Shown in pieces: positions 25,355-38,936 of a DNA stretch of 64,000 nucleotides; the first letter of the stretch is position 1; each line of letters starts with the position of its first letter. A program made the translations under genes and the position numbers. The notes below the pieces were generated by a model that saw only the letters and a program-made list of their open reading frames with translations, made no database searches and was not told where the DNA came from. This DNA comes from Ginglymostoma cirratum (lineage: Eukaryota): the NCBI GenBank assembly GCA_024137785.1, contig JAHRHZ010000283.1, positions 45,572,680-45,636,679 of the forward strand. The letters are read 5' to 3'.

Positions 25355-26225
25355 AACCATCATACAGTCTCTGACTGAATGGGTACTTCTTACATTCTCT
25401 ACCTGTTTTTAGTCCTTTTTCTATTTTGGAAAACTCAAAAGCCCATCAGGATCTTTTAACTAAAGAACCATGAGTGACTCCACAATAATTGTCAAAGTCT
25501 GAAGCAAGTTGACTGAATTTACTTTCAAAAGATCAGACTTGCTCTTTTGTTCTCCAAATTAAAAAAAAGTCAAATTAGCAAAACTCATATCGTACCACCA
25601 TACTGGGGCAGCAAAATAGCATAGCAAATGACAGCAAAAAAATACATGAAGTTTAAAATAACCATACAAAACTACTAATTACAAAACCAACTTATTTTTA
25701 AATATTGTTGTATCACATTTGCTGGACAGCAAGTGAATGTCAGGTGACAGATCTGTGCAAAGTTTCTCAAGAGATACAGCAACCAACAAATGTGAAAACA
25801 CTGTAATGATTCAGGGAATCATGAACTCTTTAGCAAAGTTTTTTGCCCAATTTTTCATCAGACTTAGAATCTCTATGCAGGTTCACTGCTACCAATGTGA
25901 AGTAGTATTGGGACACAGAAACAGAACTAGCTTTCACTAAAATCAAACTTGATACTAAGACAGTGCTGAGGAATGACAGTGTCAATGAAGAAGTCACCCT
26001 GCTCTATGATGTCAACGAAACAGACTTGGATTAACCTTTATGCAGCCATGACAACCAGTTAACCATCACACAGTCTCTGACTGAAGGGGTACATGCCTTA
26101 TGTTCTCTACCTTTCTTTGGTCTTTTTACTATTCTGGAAAATTCCAAAGCCCATCAGTATCTTTTAACTAAAGAGCCATGAGGGACTTCACAAGAACTGT
26201 CAAAGTCTGAAGCAAGTTGACTGAA
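25355..26225 (+). repeat. Pair of ~165-bp direct repeats (25355-25517 and 26061-26225)
   Basis: Both start AACCATCAyACAGTCTCTGACTGAA and end GTCAAAGTCTGAAGCAAGTTGACTGAA. Confidence 0.9.
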
Positions 26226-27740
26226 ACAACATTATGCTCAGATGGAGAGAGAGAGATGGCGCCTGTCTTTGCTTTTGAATTAATTCCTACGGGGGGAGAC
26301 AAAGTTACAGTGAAGTCAAACCATAAACTACTTCAAAGCATCATCTTGAAACCACTTTGATCCACTCCGGGGTATTTGCAAATAATGTTACTTTGTTTTC
26401 AGGGATACCATCTGGATGTGACATTCAAGGAAAGGATACAGATATAGATTGCTAAAAAGCTACAGAAATAACGAAACCTTTCAGGAACAACAAGAAGCAA
26501 CAGTTCAACATGTTCTGGATGTTATTAACACAGCTGAAACATTCAATTGAAAGACAAATGTCTTATTCAAACCAAACAAACCACACAAATTGCATCTCTC
26601 CACTATTGCACAAAGTAGAGATGAAAATCCCTAGATCACCAGAAAAAATCAAGGACATATCTGTTGCTATAAAAGAGTATCTTGCAACAGAGATATGAAA
26701 ATTTTAATAACTGCATGTTATTGTAAATGAAGCTTTTTTTAAAGGATGAGAAAAAAGATGAAGTGCATCCATACAAATCATCAAAGAATTGAGTCCATTG
26801 TGAAGATTATAAATGATCCACTGGCTAAACATGAGCAGGAAGTTTAAGGACCACATTATGCAATGCAATGCTGGTACTGAATTACCAACTCTGCTTTAAA
26901 GAGCTGCTGATGACACATGATATCCCAGACCATGGATGAAACTCAGAATAGACCCCTGCACTCTAGTGGCAACTGATTATCTTGTCACCATCAATTCCAA
27001 TGCTGACCGCCACTGACCACCTGTGACTAACAGTGACATTGTAAAATGCCTGAAATGACACTTCAGTTGTTATAGAACTCCAGACGTAGTGATGACTGGC
27101 AATGGTCTTCATTACAAGTGAAAAATTCAACTATTTCCTAAAGGATTGGAAAATTCAATGGAAATTCATCTTCTCCACACCACCCCTGGTCAAATGGGAA
27201 GGCTGAAGCAACAAAGAAAATCGCCAAATGCATCATAAAGTTGTTGAGCAAATCCAGGATAGACTTGTACAAGGCAAGCCTCGAGTGGTGAAATATACCT
27301 GCTGAGGCATGGAAAGTAGTCCAGTCGAAGGATTAATATCATCTCACCAAAACCTCTCTTCTAATAGTAAAAACAACTATTGAAGCCAGACAAAGTAACA
27401 GGCATAGTTTGAAAATCAAGATGGCACAACAGAAAGCTAAATTTCAGACATGGTAGGTCAGCAACAAGGACTATTCCCTCAAATCCTGGCTGAAAACACT
27501 TGTCAGGAATCCTCAGACTGACACTGAGAAGCATGGAAAGGTTTAATGCTGCACATGCTTCCCCGGTGGCCACTGTAGATCAGATGGCTCCTATCACTTC
27601 AGTCTTTTGAAAAAACCGAAACCGTTAAGTCATTGCCAGAGCCAGTTAGGGTGCAACTGTTGAAATCTTTTGCTAAACGTCAGACCACTTGGCAACTTGA
27701 GACCTGTGTTGCGCAGTTCTCACCTCAGTCATAAGGTGAA
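25975..27740 (+). mobile_element. Gypsy (Mag-like) RNase H / integrase remnant
   Basis: QHYAQMERE, VTVKSNHKLL, HDIPRPW, SSPHHPWSNGKAEA motifs, all degenerate. Confidence 0.75.
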
Positions 27741-27787
27741 TGTGAATCAATGGTTGTGAATAACTAGACATATCATAGAGTCATCAC

Positions 27788-27995
27788 AGAATCCTTACAG
27801 TGTGGAAACAGGCCCTTCGGCCTAACAAGTCCACACCGACCCACACAGCATCCCACCCAGACCCATTCCCCTATAAACCCACATAATCTACGCATCCCTG
27901 AACACTATGGGCAATTTAGCATGGCCAATCCACCTAGCCTGCACACCTTTAGACCGTGGGAGGAAACCGGAGAACCCAGAGTAAAACTGCAGACA
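27788..27995 (-). mobile_element. HE1-like SINE, 5'-truncated
   Basis: Matches the 3' two-thirds of 6131-6450. Confidence 0.85.
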
Positions 27996-28029
27996 TCTGT
28001 AAATAGCTGTAAATCAGGAAATGGAATGG

Positions 28030-28470
28030 AGGGACACACTTAAGAAAATTACTATCCCCACAGAAATACTACTGAGCAAATTGTTTGAAGTGTGAGCTCA
28101 CAGATCCCGGAGTCCTGGAGAAATTCATCCTTACTGCTTAAAATATAGGTGACGTTGTTGGTGCACTAGTTTTAATTTTCAAAAATTGCAGATATTCAGC
28201 TAAGGTTCTATTAGAACAGAAAATTTAGTCAATTAGGGTGGGAAACAGGAAAAGTTAATACAAATTATTAAAGATGTTTCAGCATGGCTCTTAGAAAAAA
28301 AAAACTAGGTAATTAGGCAGAGTCAATATGTTCTTGTGAAAGGGAAATTATGTTTAACCAGTTAATTGGAATTTTTTGAGGAAGGACCATGCTATGGATA
28401 AAGTGGAACTGGTATATGTACTGCTCCTGGATTTCCAGAAGATATTTGATAAGACCATGAAACATAGGAC
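28030..28470 (+). mobile_element. CR1 RT remnant
   Basis: KGKLCLTS*LEFF and LLDFQKIFDK motifs. Confidence 0.7.
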
Positions 28471-29719
28471 CAGAATTATATCAATCTTTGTCTCCTTGCC
28501 TTCTTTGAGTTTGCCTAATTTTTTCACAATTTTATTCAAATGCTTTTATTTCATTGCTCATCTCATAGTTCCGTGTCATCTACACTTATTCTATCCCAGA
28601 TAGGATACGAAAGTAATTATTTAATGTTTCTGCCTTCTCTCCATTGCTGTCTGTAGTATTATGCTGTCAATCCTTTAATGATCTTATTTCTATCAGCCTT
28701 CCTTTCTTCTACTGATGTGACTGCAAAACATTTTACCTTTTAAAATTAGCAGGGAACATAAAGCAATGTCATTGATCCTCTTTGGCTTTCTAATGACTTT
28801 TTAAAAAATGTCCATCTCTTCATATTCTATCTCATTGCAGTCTTCAACTATCCACGTACTAAATGCTTGCATCCATGGAACCACACAGGTTTAGTTTATT
28901 CTTTCCCTCTTGAGGAATACATTTTTCTGCACTCTGTTCAAGACAATTTCAAAAGTTTCCCTCTATCAATATACACAATTGTTTACCAATACAGTCAGCA
29001 ATTTTATTTCCTGAAATTCTATTCTTAGCCCCTCAAAATCAGACGTTCTCGGATCTATTACTTTGTTTTTCATAATATTTATGTCCTCTCCATTATCTTA
29101 ATAAAGTGTGCTCTATTATGGTCGCTATATTACTGTCAGGATTTTCCTTTATCTTTAATTCTCTCAGTTTATGTAGTTCATTCCCCATTACTAATCCAAA
29201 AACATTCCCTTGTTGAGCTGTTTACATAATGATGTCATCAAATGGCGTGGTTTCCTGATCTTCTTCCCTTTTCCACACCTATTATCAATCCCTTATCTAT
29301 CTTTGTACTTTTGAAGAGGAAAGGGTGTGGGGGATTTAAGGATAGGGTATAAATTATAAAGAAATTGTAGCAATTCATATTTCCTAATTGCCAATGCATT
29401 ATGCCTCACTGAGGCAGCATGCTAAAAGTCAAGCCCGCTATTTCCAGAGTTGTCACAAGAGTTAAATTTTTTTTCAAAGTACATAAATTACACAATTTAC
29501 CTGTCTTTTAGACCCAGGTTGCCAGAAAGCATGGACCAAATTTCAGTACTTAATAAAAATGACTATTTATTACAGTAATAAATACAAGTGAACAGTAATG
29601 AATCAGTGGCAGTTTAGTACAGGATGGTGTATGAGCATGCACTTTGGTCAGAAGAATCAAAAGACAAACTATAACTTAAACAGAGAAAGATTTTTTTAAA
29701 AAAAATTACAACAGAGGGG

Positions 29720-29908
29720 TAGAGATAACAAGGTGTAGAGCTGGATGAACACAGCAGGCCAGGCAGCATCAGAGGAGCAGGAAAGCTGATGTTTTGCGTC
29801 TGGACCCTTCTTCAGAAAATGCCCCTCTGATGCTGCCTGGCCTGCCGTGTTCATCCAGCTCTACACCTTGTTATCTCAGACTCCAGCATCGGCAGTTCCT
29901 AATATCTC
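29720..29908 (-). mobile_element. Minimal Penelope-derived fold-back element (189 bp) with a decayed hammerhead in the loop
   Basis: ~54-bp inverted arms (29722-29775 / 29824-29877, one mismatch); TSD TTACAACAGAGGGG at 29706-29719 and 29909-29922. Confidence 0.9.
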
Positions 29909-29922
29909 TTACAACAGAGGGG

Positions 29923-30525
29923 AATTTGTGTGTTCTTGCATATGAAACATAAAAGGTTAGCATGCAATGGCAGCAAGTAATTAGGATGGCATATGGAATT
30001 TTAGCTTTTATTGCTAAGGTGTTGGAGCTGTACAGGATGTTGCTGTGATTGCACTGGGAAGGCTGCATTGAAGGCTGTTCAAAAGAGATTTACTAGGCTT
30101 ATTGTTGGGATGAAACAGTTCACTTACCAAGTACAACTAAACAGGTTGGACCTTTATTCATTGAAGTTTAGAAGAATGAGGAGTAGAAGATACAAGATTC
30201 TGAGGGGACTTGACAGGGTAAATGATAAGAAGATGCCTCCACTAGAGAAGGGTCTTGAACTAGGGGGCATAGTTCCAAAATAAGAGGACTTTTATTTCAT
30301 GCCGAGATGCAAAGGAATTTCTTCTCCCAGAGGACAGCGTATGCCTGGATTTTTTACCCTAGGGAGTTTGGAGGGTGGAATCACCAAAATTATTTGGAAG
30401 AGATATAGATACTTGAAATTTCAGGGGGTTGCTGGCTATCATGAGCTGGTATAAAAGAGACGTTGAAGCCTGTGGCAGATCAGCCATGATCCTGTTGAAT
30501 ACTGGGGTAGGCTGGAGAGTCTGAA
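29923..30525 (+). mobile_element. CR1 3' fragment
   Basis: ALKAVQKRFTRLIVGMK, YKILRGLDRV; 3' UTR gatcagccatgatc. Confidence 0.8.
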
Positions 30526-32589
30526 TGTTTGGCAGCATTGCAGCTAGTTCTCCAGCTGCCTGTCTGCATCCATGGACGTGTTGGTGGCTGCAATGAACAG
30601 ACAAGTCCAGCACCATCAAGGGTGCATGCAATCATTCCACAATTGGTGCACAGGACCGAAGAGAGAGCAAGATTGGGATGGACAGTCTAGGGTACCTAGT
30701 CTGGGTAGTCTCCTCCTCGTAAAGAGATAGGGCAGTTTTAGGAAATATCCAGCCAAGCCACAAACAGATCACTTGACATCCCACCTGGGAGGCTGCAAAG
30801 GTGGCTGGATCCTGCACCAGCACTCTGTTTGCCACTCTCTAGCCAAGAAGGGTCAACTTGCCTCTGGCAAGACCACTTTTAGCCATCTGACCCATCTAGA
30901 CCCAATTTCCTCAGCATCACCTATCAATTCCTCAGGGCCAATGCACTTGCTCCACCCCATCTGCTCAGCAAGGTAAATCTATGCATTGCAGTAGGAAGGA
31001 GAGGAAAAGGAAATCAGACTAAGGGCATGTGTAGCAACGACTAACAATGTTACGTAAGTAGTCTGTTTATTTCTTTAACTATTGCCTTTCACTGTTGATG
31101 TATGCATCTTTGCTTAGGTTCTATCCACTCCAGTGAACTTTGTAGCTCCAGTCTTTGTCCATTAAAAATGCATAATGATTAATGAGGGCCAATTGCAAAT
31201 TCCATGTGCAAACAGGAGTAGCAATGCATGTATGGCATTGGATCACTGACATCCTAGCCTCCCCTCCCCTTCAACATTGTCTGTTTTCACACTGGCTGTG
31301 TGCACACAAGCGTATACCTGAGGGAAACCAACAGAGACATGGAGGTGCACCACAAAGAGATAGTCAATGCTACAGGATGGCCAGGGCATGCCATATGTTG
31401 TAGACCAATCTTATTCCCCGAGATTGGCTTCAGATGCAGACCTCTCCTTCATGCTGGCTCACTTACCTGCCAACTGTGAGTACATTCACAGTCGTCTTTC
31501 TCAATATTCTCAACATGATTGGAACGACAGCAGTGGTCTACTGCCAGTGGATTTCAGTCTGTGTTAACACACCGTTGACAGCACCAATATCACCACTTCA
31601 TTTCTAACTGCCTGTTCTCGCAACCCCATAGACTTCACACTTTGCCATGTCATCACCCATACACTGTGCATACACCTATAACTGTTTACATGCCGAACAT
31701 CTCCCCTAGCCCTGCCCTTCCTATTAATTTCTGAAAATGGAGACAATTGCATGATTGGAGCCCACCCTCTCTAGTGACCTGTCAGCAATGGCTGTCACCT
31801 ACCCAAACCATTGGCGGGTGGACAAACATTTCCCTGATGGCAACACACCTACTCCCTACACTGGACCCTGTGCAGACAAAAGCCACATCCTGGGGCACAC
31901 TGCCCCTGTGTGCAATGCCATCCCAGCCAGATGCCTGACATTGGCCTAGGACAAGTCATGAAGCTGCCTTTGATGAACGTGACTGATGGGTGTCCCATGG
32001 ACATCACTGCAAACTACATCCTTAAGACTTTGTGAAACATTACACTGCTTGCTGCAGTTGGCATGTTTGCATAAATGCAGAGGACACCTAGTACAGGCAT
32101 AGAGTGATGTGGTACACCGACATATGACAGGGTGCAGGAGAACTGCTGTGCAGTCTATCATCACAGGGTGCAGTGCTGGTGCATTTGAGGATGCCAGGAT
32201 GCTGGTGATAATTCACTGAAAGTGGAGTATCAATATCCCTGGAGGAAGGGTATGTGCAGCTGGTGCTGGTGGATCATGCCTTGCTTTGCAGTTTGGACAA
32301 GTGGAGGTCATTTGCAGGAAATGGCAAGTTGAACCTGCCAAAAATTTGCTTTGGTTTCTACATCAAGTTTTCCCAGTGCCTGGTTTGTGTGGCAAGTTTC
32401 ATAAGATCATAACTCATGATGCATTGGACTGTTAACAAGATATTTAGCAAGCAGTGCTAAACATTACCTCACAGTAATTGTGTGGTTACAGGGATAGGGT
32501 AGGGGGTAGGTCTGGGTGGGATGCTTTTCTGAGTGTCAGTGTGGACTTGATGGGCTGAATAGCCTGCCTCCACACTGTAGTGATTTAAT

Positions 32590-33650
32590 GGAAATATCTG
32601 GCACGTTTGTGTTAACTGATGCTCGGAAAGCATATCCTCGCTTAAACTTGTTGACACTGGGAGCTTACAATGAAGCTGAGGCTGAAGGAGTTCTGCTGTG
32701 CTAATCTATTAAGCATAGAGTTCTGATGAGGAAATGGAGACGCATTCACAGATCTGTGGATGAAGAAAGAAGTTATTCATCAGGTAGTGATATCACTCCC
32801 CTATTGTAAGGAGCATATGAAATTTCTGTGGCAAGATGTGCATGAACATGGAAACTCTAGCGTCGATAAGCAGGCATTTTAGGTGGCCCGTACTTTATAA
32901 GAAAACGTGTAATTTTATAAAATGTGTCATACATTTCAGTTGGTAAACCTTAACATATAAATCAAGCCCAGCAACTTTAATAACCATATCAATTTTTGCA
33001 GAACCATTCTGTCGACTGTTAGTCGGTTGTACAAGACCATTACCCAAAATGAAAGCAGGACATCAGTGTACCCTAACATTATTGATATGAGAACCCACAT
33101 TCAAAAGCTATTAAAGACAGTTACAGCTAAGCTACTAGTGCAAAAATGAACTTGCTTTTTCACTTGTTATGGCCGACAATTGAAATACCATGTGATTAAG
33201 GTTCTAACTTTATCCTAAAAGATTTCCAGGATCTAATCAGCGGTTTGGATTTCAATCAACTGAAGTGAACCATATGTCATCTGCAAATACAGAGAGCTTT
33301 AAAGAGATACTACCAGACTCTCAAAACCACAAATACCCAAAGAATTAGGGCAAAGGGTAAATTTCTATAAGTTACGAACAGAGATTCTCCAAATTAATCT
33401 ACTAGGTTTAGTGATTTTCCACACACATCCACACCTGGTCTGTCTGTGTCTCTGTTTGTTTGTGGAGGGGAATTTAAGAAGGGGCAGGGTACATGTTATA
33501 TAGTTGTTACAGCATCTCTAGCCATTGGCTAGAGATAATTTGTTTTATAATAAAAGTTATTTTCTTCTTAGAGACAGTGAGTATTTTCTTCTAACTTGAG
33601 TTTGTCAATCGTCAGGTGGGTTGGAGACTTTGGATAGTTTAACTAAATGT
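32590..33650 (+). mobile_element. Gypsy (Gmr1-like) integrase remnant with LTR-like end
   Basis: Decayed HFRWP, CHT, IFAEPFCRL, PLPKMKAGHQ, RYYQTLKT motifs. Confidence 0.65.
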
Positions 33651-35129
33651 TCTCACATTTGTGGAATAATAGGGCTGGATTTCCAGCACACCACCCCAAT
33701 GAGATGTGACACTATGCAGGTTTGATGGAGAACTGAGCGAATGACCCAGTACCTACCACCTGTCACCATTCTCACATCAATTATACCAGCTTCAGGGGTG
33801 GCATCAGTAGGTAGTCTACCCACCAGTGTAGGTAATTGAGACCCTTGAGTAATCCTTAGCAACATTAAAAATACAATGAATTTCATATTCTTAATATATG
33901 TCAGCTTCCTTACCACCTCTGCTATCAGATGGCCACAAATTCAAGGGGACATTTCTAAACAAAGCCAAGAGCAACACTTGTACAGGTTCACTTCACTCAT
34001 TGTGGTCAGATTTTTCCAGTTACGGTAAAAGAAGTCATAGCACAATATGGTCAACTAAACAGATAATGCATAGTGCATTTTATTTTCCATTGCTTTATAA
34101 GAAAGTAACCGAGATTGTGAAGAAAAACATCCCCATGAGGTAAATCACGCAGTAGAAAGATATATTCCATTTTTATTCGAAGTGTAGCGACTACTATTTC
34201 ACATGTTCTTGCCCAATTGCGGGCAAAAGGTGATAAATGCAGTGGTACTGCTATTACAACTCCCTACATAGTTCAATCTCGACTTGCACCTTCCGCATAC
34301 AGCTTCACATGATTTGGAACATTCACTGGGTTATGACTTCAAGTAGAATCTCTACTTTATAATGCAGACCATTCAGTATCACTGATCCAAATTGCTTGAT
34401 TTTGATAACATGAAAATTATTCAAATATAATGGCTGCTACATGAAAACTGATTTGTGTAACATATAGCACTATGAAATAAAAGAGATGATCCTGTAAGAC
34501 AATGATATTATTGGCTTTTGATTGTGCCAGGACGTAAATCTGTTAAATTTCTTGATGGTGGACACCTAAAGCTGTAAAATAGAAACAAATTCAATGTCAA
34601 GTCCTTGAGGTCACAACAGTTCAATAAAACAAGGCTGCTGCAAATCTTCAGTTCCAAAAATTTACACAAAACCAGCTTCTTTTTCACTTTAACTTAACTT
34701 GAGACAAGGGATTTATACTTCAACACCACTCCAAGTCACTTACCACATTCATTAATGTTGTAAAGGATAAAACAGAACATGAAAATCATCACTCCCTCAT
34801 TTATTAGCATTTAGATATCGCAATCAAATTTGTGCAGTGAAAAACCTGAATTAGTCAAGGGCAGCGATCTAAGCCTCTGCTGGGCCAAGTGGTATTTTCA
34901 TCTTCTGCATGATCAGAATTCTAGACATTCTACATTAAGGTTGGCATGAGTTACAAGATATACTGCAATATTTCATTCATGATCATTAATAATAATCAGA
35001 TGGGGTCAGGGGGTGCTTTTAAGTTACCAAACATCAATACAGACTTTCTCTCAAAATCTTTCAAGGAAAGGCAATTCCTAACATCAAATAACACTGACAG
35101 ACTGGATTAACTTTTCAGTGGGATTTTGG

Positions 35130-35710
35130 AACTAACGCGTAATTGATGTTAAAGTATGAGCCCATTAGCAAGAATGCAAGGGCGGTGTGGTTATGCCGGA
35201 GCTGTATAAAATACTAGTTGGGCCATAACTTGAATACTGCAACAGTTCTGAAAGGGTGTAATTGCAGCAGAGGGGCTACAAAGTAGAATCATGAATTTGC
35301 TGCCAGCTCTAGAAAACTGCACCTATGACAAAAGATTGAATAGGCTGGAGTTATTTTCCTCGAGAAGTGACCTACGAGGTTCTGAGGAGTTAGGATAGAA
35401 TGGACAGAAAGGACTTATTCCCTTAGCAAAAGTGTCAGTGACTAGGGAAGACCAAATTAAGGTGATTGGCAGAGGGATAAAGGGAAGATGAAGGAAAACA
35501 TATTTTAGCAAGAGTCTGGAACTCTCTGCCGAAAAGGGTAATACAGGCAAAAGCCCTGAACTGATTTAAAAGGATGCCTAGATATGGACTTCTAATGCAG
35601 TGACCATTTAGAATACAAACCCAGTGTTAGAAAATAGGGTTACGTTGGATGTTTCCTTTCTCATATCCAGAAATGATAGGCGGAGCAGCCTCTTTCTGTT
35701 CTGTAAAGTT
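35130..35710 (+). mobile_element. CR1 3' fragment, decayed
   Basis: gagctgtataaaatactagttgggcca..ttgaatactgc (LYKxLVxP.LEYC), tggaactctctgcc. Confidence 0.7.
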
Positions 35711-38636
35711 GCTGCATTTTCTAAATATCTGAACAGGAGGAAAGTGCAGGGATGTGAGGAGAGGGCAGTACACAAATTACTCCTTAGGAGTGTCAGTGCC
35801 TTAGGCAGACACCGAAGAAAGCAAGTGGCTTCAATCCTAAAGAAGATAACTGGGTATCAAGAACATCATGTTTTCCTTGCTTTGACCATGCAACGGCACT
35901 GAAACATTAATGGCCTAATAGCAGTTCAGGCATGTTTAAAATAAAAATCAGGAATCATGGGAGACTGGCAAGGACTAGGTGGGCAAAGATGAATATGTAG
36001 CATCTTTGTAATTGGATGGTTAAGTAAGGGCGCAAGTCCATAATTAGGTTAAACAGTTCTCCGTAGGATTTGCTTTGCAGTAGACAATGACAAGGAAGGG
36101 ACAGATTGACAAAGGTCTATCACATGTGTCATGTCAACTGGATGAAAGTGACTGGGGTACATTTCAATGGGAGTAGATTGTAAAAAATACAACCTTCTAC
36201 ACAGGCCATAGTGAGATATAACTCATGATTATAACATGTAAACTAATATATCAAGTCTCACTCAATAAATAAACCAGAACATTACTACAACTAAGAGTCA
36301 AGCTAAATCTTTCCTAACTAGAGTGAAAAGATTAATTTGCTTGAAACCCAAACTCAACATGAAAAAATACACATCGCTCTTTCCAATTCAAGAATTTTCC
36401 CAAATGTTCCCCTCAACTACTTATGGTTTGCTTATCTCTTTGACGTAGGCTTGGATTATAAGGTACTTTTATAACTTAACTAACTTCCCCTCAAACACGT
36501 ATGCAATTGTAAAAGCTGGACTCAGAATCAGGCAATTGCTGTAATCTGACTTGTTAGTTGCCATGTACAGAGCTGTCCCAACACCATGAAAATTTGTTGG
36601 TGGGCACTCTTAAGCCATTCCTCAACAAGGCTGGGTCATATTCCGGATCTGAAAAATATTATGCTCATCAGGTTTGAACTGTCATGCAGAACATATAGTC
36701 CCAAACACTAAGAATACAAAATGTGCTGTTTTTCAGTGAGAAATGGTAGCTCCTGGATTGGCATGAAAGATACTGCAACTTAACTGAATAGAAACTGAAC
36801 AATATCAATCAGGCATCATTGATCAAGGTGATTCATCAGATTACAGGCAAATAGTAAGTGAACACTCATATTTACATTTTACAAAGTACACATCCCTTGG
36901 GCTAAGGTAACTCTGTTTAGCTTTGATAGCAATTGATAGCAATTACATCTCGGCCTTCAAAAGCATACTTCTCTTGTAAACTGTTTTCACAATAGACAGT
37001 TATTTCATCTACTCTTAAGCTAATGCGCAGTTTAATATGCTCAGAGTTATAAATGCACTAGCATTAAATTAGCACAGATTTATCAGACGATTTAAGAAAA
37101 TGTTAGTCATGACTTAAGTAATATGCATTCTATAAAGTTTAGCGCAATGAATTAAGTTTTCTACAGCAAAAAAAATTCCTTGAAGATTTTAAAGTGTCAC
37201 TGGCAAAAATACATTCATTACTTAATGAAATAATTTCTAGGCCATAAAGATGAGAGAACTGTCCGAAACCAGGCTCCCAGATTTGAAGTCTAAATTGTGC
37301 AAAGTCCTTACTAAATATTTGGCAAATTTATTTTTGCAAAAGAAATTCACAAATTATGGAGTTTTATATTACGACCTCAAAAACTTTGAGATCTGCCAAA
37401 ACGAATGATATACTTCAAATTAGTATGCACATTACTGGATTGAATTATAAACACCAAGTCAAGATACAAAGAAGCAACTTAGTAAAGATATACCAATGGG
37501 ATTACACAAGGTCAACATAGATTGATGAAAAGAAAATTGTGTTATACACTAGAAGGTAAATGTTTTCTGAACAAAGTGCAAAGCCATACTGCTACTGACA
37601 GCTTTATTTCAGTTAACCACATTGTATGAAACTCACACCTAATTGAGTACTAGCTCTCCACATTTATAGAATCAATTTATACCCAATTAACAATTCATTG
37701 ATATTTCCATCACGTTCTCTCACTTCAGTAAGCCACAGGTATTCTCTCGGATGATTTTAGATAATAACAGATTTCCTTTTTTCTTTTGAAGTAAATCAAT
37801 ATAAACGATACAAAAGAACAAAATATACAAATGATAACATATTATACTCTATTTGTTTTTCTTTGCACAATAAAGTTCCGTGGGTCATTTTTCCACTATG
37901 TCCGATAGTTTCTTGAGCTGGCTCCTTTCTTTGTAAAACAGTCAGATACTTGATTGCAGGTAGCCACCATTTCAGTTTGGAGATTTCTCTATTCTCCAGA
38001 ATCTATTTTAAAACTGTAAAATCAACGATCAGTCCTTTTCAATTCACACATCTCAGTGAGTGCATGTGATCCCGTGGTAACTTATCAATGTAGCTATATG
38101 TTGCTGCTGAATACCACTTTAGACTTTGTTCTGACATTTCACTAAGAAAAATGCCATTCCGACTGTCTCAGAAACAGTGGGTCTTCTACCACTAAGGTAC
38201 TTTTCATCACTTCTCTAATCTTTTCAGCTTCAAAGGCTAAATTGTGATGTTTACTTTCCTTTACCACAAGAAAAATTACAAACTCTCCTACACTTAAAAA
38301 CCCATCACCAATATCTGCATAAGAAGCATCACTAAGAACCACAAGTTTCATATTCTTCACCTCCCAACGCTGGAAATTTCAATACACAATGCTCTACTTT
38401 GAAATTTTTCAATCGTTTATTCATCCAAATAATATTTTTTACCTTGGGATTTTTCACAGTTGTAATCAGCTCTAATAATTTCAAAATTGGCTTTGTTTGG
38501 GTGCCAAACCAATTCAGCTGTCCAAGTAAAATTTGCAGTTCCCCCATTTTGGTTTAAAAGCTGCTGCATCTTTTTGAGGTAACAAGGTGATGATGAACAC
38601 AGCAGGCCAAGCAGCATCATAGGAGCAGGAAAGCTT

Positions 38637-38664
38637 GACGTTTCGGGCCTAGACCCTTCATCAG
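38637..38664 (-). ncRNA. Hammerhead ribozyme core (PLE minimal type)
   Basis: CTGATGA-a-GGG-tctagg-CCC-GAAACGTC. Confidence 0.8.
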
Positions 38665-38936
38665 AAATGGGGGAGGGGAAGAGGGTTCTGAAATAAATAG
38701 GGAGAGAGGGGGAGGCGGATAGAAGATGGATAGAGGAGAGGATAGGTGGAGAGGAGGCAGACAAGTCAGAGAGGCGGGGAAAAAGCCAGTAAAGGTGAGT
38801 GTAGGTGGGGAGATAGGGAGGAGACAGGTCAGTCCAGGGAGGACGGACAGGTCAAGGGGGTGGGATGAGGTTAGTAGATAGGAGATGGGGGTGCGGCTTG
38901 AGGTGGGAGGAGAGGATAGGTGAGAGGAAGAACAGG

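Noticed and set aside
29720-29908. DNA-transposon MITE
   Set aside because: The arms are Penelope pLTR sequence, asymmetric, with variable-length TSDs among relatives
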